From Antedon mediterranea (lineage: Eukaryota; Animalia; Echinodermata): 64,000 nucleotides of DNA. The DNA is taken from positions 24,721,432 through 24,785,431 of the forward strand of contig NC_092679.1 of NCBI RefSeq assembly GCF_964355755.1. Reading direction: 5' to 3'. Position numbers and translations under genes: made by a program. Below, one piece after another: positions 1 to 12,000 of the stretch (its first letter is position 1; every line of letters begins with the position of its first letter). Under the pieces are notes generated by a model. The model was not told the origin of the DNA and made no database searches. It saw only the letters and a list, made by a program, of their open reading frames with translations.

Positions 1-47
1 CTGGCGGGAGGTTCCTGACCATAGGTGACAGAACATCATCTCAAAAG
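1..47 (+). CDS. FANCM: FANCM exon (3' end only)
   Basis: Open frame from position 3 (GGRFLTIGDRTSSQK) ends at AAG|gtaaaa; phase 0 matches the next exon. Confidence 0.7.
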
Positions 48-3000
48 GTAAAATATCTAGCTTATTGGAATGTACTGTACCCTACTATTTAGTTTTATTG
101 TCTACTTAAAAGCTAATATCAACTAAGTATACAGTTTATACTATTTATTTTTACTTTAGAAACCAAAATGTGTAGCTGGTGAGTTCTCATTATCAGAGTG
201 GTCAATTTGGCAGACTAAATTTCAGCCAACTAAATTAGTTGACCATTCAAAACGTTGTAGACATTTTGTTGAAATGGAAGAGTTTTTAGAAGTGCAAGGG
301 TTTGCTGACGGAGAAGATGTCTATGGGATGGAAATGGCTACATTCCTAAATAAAGATGACATCATTAGAAATAAGAGAGGGATTCAGAGATTCTGTATCA
401 ACAAACAATTGGACGGCAGATGTTCATCGGGAGAAAAGGATAATCGGGAGGAAGATAAGGCGGACAATCATGTTCCAAAGAGTAAATCACATTGGATATC
501 TGGTGACGGTACAAATAAGACAAATAGCACTGAGAAACTTGTTGCTTTAAAAGACAATTGTGACAGGAATTTTGAGAATCAAGAAGGTGTTTCTGGTAAA
601 CAAAAATCAAAACCTGAGATTTTGTCACCTGTGTATCCACCTGTGTATTCTGATGAAGTTGATTTTCAATGCAAATATTTGAAAGAAGATGGTAGAATAG
701 CAGTTTATGAAGGAAATAAAGATTTAAATGAAGAAATGGCAATTTCAACTCAGGTATGGCATTATCTTATCTTTGCTCTGATTACTAGCTGCATTATTAT
801 AGGAGTTTGTTTCCATATGTTTATGATCCAACAAATAGCCGGGGTAATAATGTGCGGCGCATTGAGAGCTTGATTTTATGTGCTATATAGAATTTACTAT
901 TATTATTATTGGTATTGTTTTTGTCATTGTTATTAATACAGAAAAAGATGTCAGAATTAGAAGATTCACCAAGACAGGCAAACAATGGCATTTGTGGTAA
1001 ACGAAAAAAGAAAACCAAACATTTATCACCTGTGCATTCTGATGATGATAATGATGATTTTCAGTGTAAAGGTGTACTTTCAAAAGTAGATTTTGACAAT
1101 GGTTTAAATAACGTGGAAGAAAATAAAGAACTTGTAAAATCTTCTTTCTATTCAGAGCAGGTCACTGAGGAATCAGAATGTATGCAGATAAATCAATCAT
1201 TTAAGGGAGCTTTAGATGCTAACATGCCTGATGAGGAATGTGAAATATCTGTTGTATTTCCAAAGACCCAAGTAATTTGTGGGGAAAGATTGCCAGCAGT
1301 TTTAGACAGGGTGACCATTCCTCCTAAAGCGCCAAATATTTCAAGTCTTGATTTTCTTGATGATATTGATGATCTTGAGCAAAGTATTCAAATATCAAAA
1401 AGTACTATTAATTACAACTTGGATTCTTTCAATAAGTCTTTAGTTACATTTGGTGATTTAAGTAAGAAATCTGAACAGATATCAGAGAAAATAAAAGTTT
1501 CAGAAGGAATTGACACTATACAGATAAATCATACAAACGTAGTTTGTGATGTTAAAGAAGCTGTGATGGAGAATGAAAGTGAAGCGATTGAAGTTGTGGA
1601 TCTTGATTCAGAATGGGATTTTGATTTGTCAGATGTTGAGAATGAAGCAAGTGAAAAATCAATTGAAGTTAGGAAAATATCTCCATACATTGCAAATGAT
1701 CACAAATTATGTATTAACAAGACAACAGAAGGCTCAAATATTGATGTTATCTCACTTGAAGATGTAATGTGTAGCACAAACAGGCAAGAGCATCACAACA
1801 TCAAAGACTGTATCTCATCTAAGACAACCATTAAAGATGGTGTGAGAATTATTGGGAGATCACCTCCAACATCTCAGGGATTTATTCCAAATTGTAGTAA
1901 TGTAGATTTGGTAAATAAAGATCACTTTGGACTTAAAGAAGTTGAACGTTCAGGAAATAAACAAGAATTTGATCTACGATTTGATCTAAATGACTTCTTA
2001 AATGATGATGATGATGAAAATATAGAGGATGATGATGAAATAATTCCACCTTCACCAAACAAATTCAATATTAAGTTAGGGAGATCTTTGTTATCCAGAA
2101 GACATATCAAAGAACCAGCAACTACATTCATTCCGTCAAATTCTTCTGCTCCTAATCACTCTGCACTTCACTTTGGCCAACCTAATGTAAGTGATGCAAC
2201 AGAAGTAAGACAGTCATTGTCACTTGATGAGCTATCAATAAAAACACACCCCGCACAGAATGCATCGCCCAATATGGTACAAAAAGGAAGATTATCCGAG
2301 GACAATACAACAATTCTTAGAAGCACTGTTTTCAACACAAACAAGTGTTTTGAAATATCGACGTCATCTCTAGATGATAAGAAAAATCAAGTAAAAGAAA
2401 CTGAAACAAAAGGAATTAAAAGAAAGAGTGATCCATTACCTGCTGGGCAGAAAAAGAGAAAGATTCTTGCAGACAGGTTTCAGTTGGACACTCCCAAAAT
2501 GCAAGGTATTGCCATTCTATATACATTGTTAATCTGAGATGAATTAATTAATTTAATTACAATAATTAAAATAAAAAAATAATGATATTTCTTATACAGT
2601 AGAAACCCTCCTTTTGTACACCTCTGTTAAGAGTGGAACTGATCATGTTGCAGTCACAGATGAACCCTTTGATCTCCACCTCTGTAATAAGGAGACACTT
2701 TCGTGTGGACTGATCATGTTGCAGTCACAGATGAACCCTTTGATCTCCGGAGCTCGGCATCCTGTTGTTGGAGTGCATTGGTTGAACTGAAGAATGAAAT
2801 AAATGTTTACTATACTTTTTTTCTTGTAGATTCTAAGACGCATATAAACAGTTTACATGACTGTAATGATAGTGAAGATGAAATTCAGCCAAAATTAAAA
2901 AAGAAGAATGTGTTGTCAACTTCCACATTTAAAACACCAACCAAACAAGCAATCATATCTAATGATAGTGAAGATGAAATTCAGCCAAAATTAAAAAACA

Positions 3001-6000
3001 AGAGGAATGTGTTATCAACTCCCACATTTAAGACACCAACCAAACAAGCAAAGAAGTCCAAATATGTAGTCATATCCAGTGACAGTGAAGAGGATAAGGT
3101 ATTTTGAGCTTGTCAAATTACACTTGCTATTAGTCAGTGTACATTTGTATTATTTCATTTCTCACACTATCAATAGGATCTTACCCTATCAAGTAGTTCG
3201 TCAGCCACATACCTATAAGAGGGACTATCAATAGGATCTTACCCTATCAAGTAGTTCGTCAGCCACATACCTATAAGAGGGACTATCAATAGGATCTTAC
3301 CCTATCAAGTAGTTCGTCAGCCACATACCTATAAGAGGGACTATCAATAGGATCTTACCCTATCAAGTAGTTCGTCAGCCACATACCTATAAGAGGGACT
3401 ATCAATAGGATCTTACCCTATCAAGTAGTTCGTCGGCCACATACCTATAAGAGGGACTATCAATAGGATCTTACCCTATCAAGTAGTTCGTCAGCCACAT
3501 ACCTATAAGAGGGACTTTTCAATTTGCGTCCACTATGTCGACTGGTACCTTATGACGTTTTTTTGTGCATGGTCAACTTGCTTGCGTTGTATCTTTAGTA
3601 AGATTCAACCGTTCTTAGAGGAATGCTTCACAGATACTCAAATTGAAGTTACTATACAGTGCACACACTGTTGCAGTCAGAAATGAGAATGATGATAAAT
3701 TTAGAGTCGTCTATTAACCATTGCACAATACAGAATAATGAATGTCCCCATTTTCACAGCTATAAATTGATTAATTTTCAGAATATCACTTTATTTTAAT
3801 TCACCTTTTAGGGATTAGTTTTGTGTTTGATTTTATGTATTCTGTTTTTATAATTCGTGACTCTTCAGTGTTAAAGCATTGATTTCCAACAATATACAAT
3901 AGCAAAATTATTAAATCATAAATAATAATTGACAAAGTACAAATTATACAAAAATATTGCTCCCTAATTTTCTCCAAAAACTACCATGGGTAAAAAATAT
4001 AACATGGCAGCAGTGAGCAGGGTGAGAGAGGCGCAGGATGTGTCTGCGGTTGATTGAGCAGTACTAGCAGACAATAGTGACTTGCTGTCTATAAAATAGG
4101 CAACAAGGCATTATTTGTTGTTTTGCCAAATAGGGCTTGAGGTATATTTTTGTCATAGTGATGAATTATCTTGTAGTTTTAATTGAAAGCAAACTAGGAT
4201 AATGCATGGACCACATTTACAGTCACTGATTTTCCTGTCGCTTCAGTCTGGAAAGCTTAATATCTATAAAACCAAAATCCTTGTTTGTTGAGCTAGTACA
4301 GTATTGTAATTTTAAAATTATTTTGCCATTTGTGACTGGATACTGTAAAGCTCTGTCTAAACTATCAAACTAGTTTGACAAACAAAGGGTGTGATGTGCC
4401 CAAATATAGTGGCGATATGACATCATCATGTCCATATATGGGCACATCGCATTTTTTTGTCACATAAAGTTTGATAGTGTAGACAGAGCTTAATGTTTGT
4501 TTTTTACAATTTTGCCTATCAACATGGTAAATGAACTTCACTTTATGGTTTTATGTAAATTTGCATGGAATAAATATTGACCTCCATGTGACCTGGGTAC
4601 AAATAATAATAATTTATTTGAAAGCTATACTTTTGAATCCGTGTCATACATTTTGAATGAAGGTGCATCCAAAGTAAGTAAAATAAAAGTTAAAGAAAAA
4701 GAAATGTGTTTGAAATACAACAACAATAAACTGCTGTTACAATCATACATTTATATCTTTGTCCAGCCTTTGTATGTTTGTTACTAATGTTATCTGAGAA
4801 CTTTCAAGCAATGTTTTACAATTATTGTGCCTGCTTTTTATGGCAACACAGACTTTGACACTGGGGTATCATTTGCACATAAAATACCTTTACCATGAAT
4901 TACCTATTATTATTAGTGACAATTATTTATTGTTTTTGTAATTAATTCTTATATAATGATGTTGTTTCAGATAAGCTGTGATGAATTGACCATTCCCTTG
5001 AAACAAAGACTACTTAGAAAGTCATCAGAAACAGTATCTACTTTACTTAATCACCTTAGTGATGATGATGAAGATTTTCAAGTTGCTTATGGTAAAATAA
5101 CATAATTTCTCTCTATTCATCTCATAAAACAAACAAAAACACAAAACAAACCAGGAGTAAACATATTTTTAAAGATGAACATAAAAATGTTATAAGATTA
5201 GAATGTAAATAGACAATACATTTTGAGAAATTTTAAATTCCAGATATTGACCATGTACTATATTAAAAATCGAGGAGAATACACTACATCACAGCTTTAA
5301 ACCTTTTTCTTTTAAAATACGACCGTTCAATAGTGCGTATTATATAACACCTAAATAAATTCCTTTCATTTGATTGGACGATTGTGGGTCACATGGCGTG
5401 CATATTTTGCATCATAATTTATGTTCATTTGAATACTTGGATGGTTGTTTTCACAGTAAAATTGAGTTTTTCATTTGTTTATTTAGGGGTTGCTAGAAAG
5501 CCTATCACAACAAAGAAAACTCGAATGGATTCAAATTCTAAATACAAACGAAAACACAGACAGGATAAAAAGGTATTCATATATTTTATTCAGATTTTGA
5601 AAAATTTCCTTAATTATTCTCACTTCAGCTTCACAATCTGAAATTAATTTTAGTTTCTTGTTTCATTCAACTTATTTTGATTAATAAATGCATGCATCAA
5701 TCCTGAGGGGATTTACTACTGTATAATCCTCATTTTTCGTTGAAAATTACCTTTTATGTTTCTAGGGTACGGTGTGTTTACCCTCTTCTAATCGTACAAC
5801 ATGTTAGTGGAATAAATTGTAGTAGTTTAATCAGAATATTAAATTATTGATCTTCTCATCTGTAACCTTAATACAATGACATTGTTACAAGACACTAAAA
5901 AACCATTGTAAAATAGTAGCTTTTTTTATCTATTAATTTATATGATGAATTCTTGGGCAACCGCAAGAGGTTTAGTCAAGTTATTATCATATGATAGTAG

Positions 6001-9000
6001 CAACTATGTATGTACATATCAATATGTAGTCTAGGTTCTAGACCATATTTCAAATTAATATTAGCAAAAAGATAAATATTTTTGGCACATTGTATAATAC
6101 GTGAGCTCACGAATACGGTCTAGAGAAAGACACGTTCATGTCACACCTCATGACACCAATTTATAGTGCATTCGATTATCTGGTTGACTAGTTTCAGCCG
6201 GCTACAAACCTTTTTAAATAATGTTAGAGTTTTGAGAAAGGTAAGAACTTAAATTGCGCATACGTTATGTTCAGCAACACAATGGTACTCCAACTCCTTT
6301 CTTTTGTCACGGTGTTTATTATCCTTTACCACTATAGAAAATATGAAAAACAAGATAATTTGTATTTATCATCAGGTTATTTTAGCTCAAACAGCAGCAG
6401 CAGCTGATAAACTCTATATATTGGCAACCAGTCACAACAGCATATTCCCCAGATAATAGATGTCTATAGCAAATGCAATAATGCAGCAAACACACATTTT
6501 TAATTAGATTTTGTTTCACAAATCTGCATGTCTGCAATTTCAGATTTTGACAAATTGTTAATAAATGAAATTCAATCATTGTTTATTCTATGAAATGAAA
6601 ATGACATTTCATTTGAAAATGTTTTATAGTTTAGGTAATATTCAGGTTTGAAATTTATTGATCATTTAGTGCGTTGTGATGATCCAATCTGTTTTTGTTA
6701 TACAATAACTTGGGAACTAATCATCAACATTGACACAGTAACTCATCATTTTTGACAAAAGCCTTGCCAAAAGCTACTCTAGCTTGTTTTATGCATCTTG
6801 AGATAAGTAGGAGTTACGTTTACAGCTGATAACTGTACAAAAAGACATAGCATAGAGGACGTCCAACAATTAAAGGCCAATAATAATGAAAAGAGAATTT
6901 CAAATGTAAAATTGGGATGCCATGGTAATGTCTTAAAAATCCCATTCTTCTTTAGTTTGGCAAAGTAATACTTAGAAAAAAAAGTCCATTTTGAAAAGAT
7001 GTCCACCAAAGGGGTACTTAAAAAAAGAAAAAGCCCATGGCAAGGTTTCTCCGTGGCTTTAGGGTATTCTTTGATTTGATTTGCAATAAAATGATAAGAA
7101 TATATGGATATACAGGGACGGATTCAAGGGATTGGGAGGGTCAGCCTGGGACGGATTCAAGGGATTGGGAGGGTCAGCCTGGGACGGATTCAAGGGATTA
7201 GGAGGGTCAGCCTGGGACGGATTCAAGGGATTGGGAGGGTCAGCCTGGGGCGGATTCAAGGGATTGGGAGGGTCAGCCTGGGGCGGATTCAAGGGATTGG
7301 GAGGGTCAGCCTGGGGCGGATTCAAGGGATTGGGAGGGTCAGCTCGTTCCCCTCTAAATTTCATAAATTATAAAAATAGAACATAAAATTAAGTTCCGCA
7401 CTTCATTTCACTACTTTTAGGCCCCGCCCCTCCCCCCCCCCCCCCCTATTTTAAAATCCTGATATAAGCATGTCAACAACCTGGCTCAAGTCATCTTTAA
7501 AATCGATGATTAATCAAATGTGAATAACTTGAAGTTAATTTGATTTTTAGTCTACTTATTGTTTGAGTGTAAAACAAATATAGATAGTTTGTTACTGTAA
7601 TTATTGTATCTGCTTGTAATTGCTTTAAATTTACTTTATATTGATGTTTAAATGGAGTTTATATTGATGGAGTGATGTTTTACAATGTACAGGTATTGAC
7701 AGTGTTTTTGTTTACAAATTAGTCTTAATTTATTTTAATTTCCTGTAGTGAAATTAAATAGCTTATGCGTGGTTGAATAAGGAAACTGAATCTTAGAATC
7801 TTTTGCAATGGACTTTCAGACATTGACCACTGATACTGTACAATGAAATTCTACTAAGATATTGACTGGGTAGATAATACGCTGTAGTTACTTTGTGAAC
7901 CTATGAGAAACAAGGCCATATAGATGGCAGCAGTCGCGTGCTCATTAGTTTTTACTGACCGACCGGACCGACCAACCTACCAACTGACAGAAATTACTGA
8001 ACATGTTTAAAAATGTTGAAATGTTTAAAAACATTTATATTTTTTTAATTTACACGTGCATAGCCTGTCACTTTTGACGTGCTCGTATAACGTAGTTTCG
8101 AGTTGAAAAGTAAGTCAAGAAAACAGAAATCGGGCAAAAAAAGCGCGCAATAACATTTAACGCGCAGTGCGCGCGCAAAAATCTGTGCACTCATGGCAAT
8201 TTTGTAAACGCTTAAAATTGCCTGAAACGTACTCTTATTTCATCGAAAATTAATTTTGACAATTTTAAGCGCGCGTACGCATGCGTTACATGCGCTACGC
8301 ACGTAATTGTATTGCCATATGATGATTTATGCCCTGAAATTTATGAGTACCAAATTTTATTTAATTGTGATTCATGGTTGTGAAGATGATTACAAACGTG
8401 ATTTCATTAAATCGTGCGTAGACCGCGTAATTTTTTATTGCGCACCGTGAAAACATAGATTGTGAGAGTGTGTCAGCTTTCAATGACTTTTATAGCTCCA
8501 CTTCGTTGACTTGATAGGTTAGACAGTGTGTCAGCTCTCTAAAGCTTTCAATGACTTTTATAGCTCCACTTCTTTGACTTGATAGGTTAGTTAGTGTGTG
8601 AGCTCTCTAAAGCTTTCAATGACTTTATAGCTCCACTTCTTTGACTTGATAGGTTAGTTAGTTTGTGCGCTCTCTAAAGCGTTCAATGACTTTTATAGCT
8701 CCACTTCTTTGACTTGATAGGTTAGTTAGTGTGTCAGTTCTCTAAAGCTTTCAATGACTTTTATAGCTCCACTTTTTTGACTTGATAGGTTAGTTAGTGT
8801 GTCAGCTCTCTACTAAAGCTTTCAATGACTTTTATAGCTCCACTTCTTTGACTTGATAGGTTAGTTAGTGGGTCAGCTCTCTAAAGCTTTCAATGACTTT
8901 ATAGCTCCACTTCTTTGACTTGATAGGTTAGTTAGTGTGTCAGCTCTCTAAAGCTTTCAATGACTTTTATAGCTCCACTTCTTTGACTTGATAGGTTAGT

Positions 9001-12000
9001 TAGTGTGTCAGCTCTCTAAAGCTTTCAATGACTTTATAGCTCCACTTCTTTGACTTGATAGGTTAGTTAGTGTGTCAGCTCTCCAAAGCTTTCAATGACT
9101 TTTATAGCTCCACTTATTTGACTTGATAGGTTAGATAGTGTATCAGCTCTCTAAAACTGACTTGTTGGTTCACTAAAAAGCTGAACTTTTTTGCACGGAA
9201 ATTATTAGATATTTATACTGAACTTTTTTTTAGCATAATAATAAATTGTTATATATCATATCATATATAATATATTGTTATAAATTGTTATATATCATAT
9301 CATATATAATATATTGTTATAAATTGTCTTATACCGTTTTCGCCTCTCGTCAGTGTGTTTTTCAATTTTGTGGAAAACCTCCCGAGATTTCACAGAGGTC
9401 CCCTGTGAAATCTCGGGTGGTTTTTGCAAACCTGGTTTCAACTTGTTCAACAGATGTGAAATGGGTAATTTTTACAATATACATTCTACAATAGTTTTGT
9501 TATTTGTTTTAGCTTGCAATACAAGACCTTTTTGAGTTAGAAGCTGATGTTGATAGTGATGTAGACTGTTCATCTGATGAGAATGATAACAGCCAAGTTG
9601 ATAAATCCATATTGGACTTCATTAACGATAACACAGTCTGTTCTCAAGCTGGTGGTATGTATTGTTAAGTTCTATGTCAATATGTATTAGATAGCTTCTG
9701 TGTATATAATAGATCAATTAAAAAAAATGTTTTCACTCTATCAAACAGAAAGCACAAGCTTGCTAATTACAGAATAGGATTTACTGATTGACCTACGTCT
9801 AAATTGTTAAGGAGTGACTGTGTGATTATAGCTATTACATTTATACGAAACTCTAAAGATACACTGAAAACTACAGTATACAGTATGCTACATGAACATG
9901 TACAGTACTTTATTTAAAAAAAATAAAAACTGTTAGATATAATAATTGTTCATTCTTATATAGCGCATTATAAGCACATTATGACCATAGTCATTTTTGG
10001 ATCAAACATGTATGGAAGCATACTCCCATAATAATGCAGCTAGATCAAACACGTATGGAAGCATACTCCCACAATAATGCAGCTAGATCAAACACGTATG
10101 GAAGCATACTCTCATAATAATGCAGCTAAATCAAACACGTATGGAAGCATACTCCCATAATAATGCAGCTAGATCAAACACGTATGGAAGCATACTCCCA
10201 TAATAATGCAGCTAGATCAAACATGTATGGAAGCATACTCCCATAATAATGCAGCTAGATCAAACACGTATGGAAGCATACTCCCATATTAATGCAGCTA
10301 GATCAAACACGTATGGTTGGAAGCATACTCCCATAATAATGCAGCTAGATCAAACACGTATGGAAGCATACTCCCATAATAATGCAGCTAGATCAAACAC
10401 GTATGGAAGCATACTCCCATATTAATGCAGCTAGATCAAACAAGTATGGAAGCATACTCCCATAATAATGCAGCTAGATCAAACACGTATGGTTGGAAGC
10501 ATACTCCCATAATAATGCAGCTAGATCAAACACGTATGGAAGCATACTCCCATAATAATGCAGCTAGATCAAACACGTATGGAAGCATACTCCCATAATA
10601 ATGCAGCTAGATCAAACACGTATGGAAGCATACTCTCATAATAATGCAGCTAAATCAAACACGTATGGAAGCATACTCCCATAATAATGCAGCTAAATCA
10701 AACACGTATGGAAGCATACTCTCATAATAATGCAGCTAGATCAAACACGTATGGAAGCATACTCCCATAATAATGCAGCTAGATCAAAAACGTATGGAAG
10801 CATACTCCCATAATAATGCAGCTAGATCAAACACGTATGGAAGCATACTCCCATAATAATGCAGCTAGATCAAACACGTATGGAAGCATACTCCCATAAT
10901 AATGCAGCTAGATCAAACACGTATGGAAGCATACTCCCATAATAATGCAGCTAGATCAAACACGTATGGAAGCATACTCCCACAATAATGCAGCTAGATC
11001 AAACACGTATGGAAGCATACTCCCATAATAATGCAGCTAGATCAAACACGTATGGAAGCATACTCCCACAATAATGCAGCTAGATCAAACACGTATGGAA
11101 GCATACTCCCATAATAATGCAGCTAGATCAAACACGTATGGAAGCATACTCCCACAATAATGCAGCTAGATCAAACACGTATGGAAGCATACTCCCACAA
11201 TAATGCAGCTAGATCAAACACGTATGGAAGCATACTCCCATAATAATGCAGCTAAATCAAACAAGTATGGAAGCATACTCCCATAATAATGCAGCTAGAT
11301 CAAACACGTATGGAAGCATACTCCCATAATAATGCAGCTAGATCAAACAAGTATGGAAGCATACTCCCATAATAATGCAGCTAGATCAAACACGTATGGA
11401 AGCATACTCCCATAATAATGCAGCTAGATCAAACACGTATGGAAGCATACTCCCATAATAATGCAGCTAGATCAAACACGTATGGAAGCATACTCCCACA
11501 ATAATGCAGCTAGATCAAACACGTATGGAAGCATACTCCCATAATAATGCAGCTAGATCAAACAAGTATGGAAGCATACTCCCATAATAATGCAGCTAGA
11601 TCAAACACGTATGGAAGCATACTCCCATAATAATGCAGCTAGATCAAACACGTATGGAAGCATACTCCCATAATAATGCAGCTAGATCAAACACGTATGG
11701 AAGCATACTCCCATAATAATGCAGCTAGATCAAACACGTATGGAAGCATACTCCCATAATAATGCAGCTAGATCAAACACGTATGGAAGCATACTCCCAT
11801 AATAATGCAGCTAGATCAAACACGTATGGAAGCATACTCCCATAATAATGCAGCTAGATCAAACACGTATGGAAGCATACTCCCACAATAATGCAGCTAG
11901 ATCAAACACGTATGGAAGCATACTCCCATAATAATGCAGCTAGATCAAACAAGTATGGAAGCATACTCCCATAATAATGCAGCTAGATCAAACACGTATG

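Noticed and set aside
274-2537. Independent single-exon genes from ORFs 274-873 and 909-2537 with hydrophobic ends
   Set aside because: The hydrophobic termini are intron read-through; both ORFs are FANCM exons bounded by splice sites.
7059-7386. Repetitive ORFs (GGSAWGGFKGL, QADPPNPLNPP, GRIQGIGRVSL)
   Set aside because: By-products of a stop-free 33-bp minisatellite that is open in several frames and on both strands; intronic.
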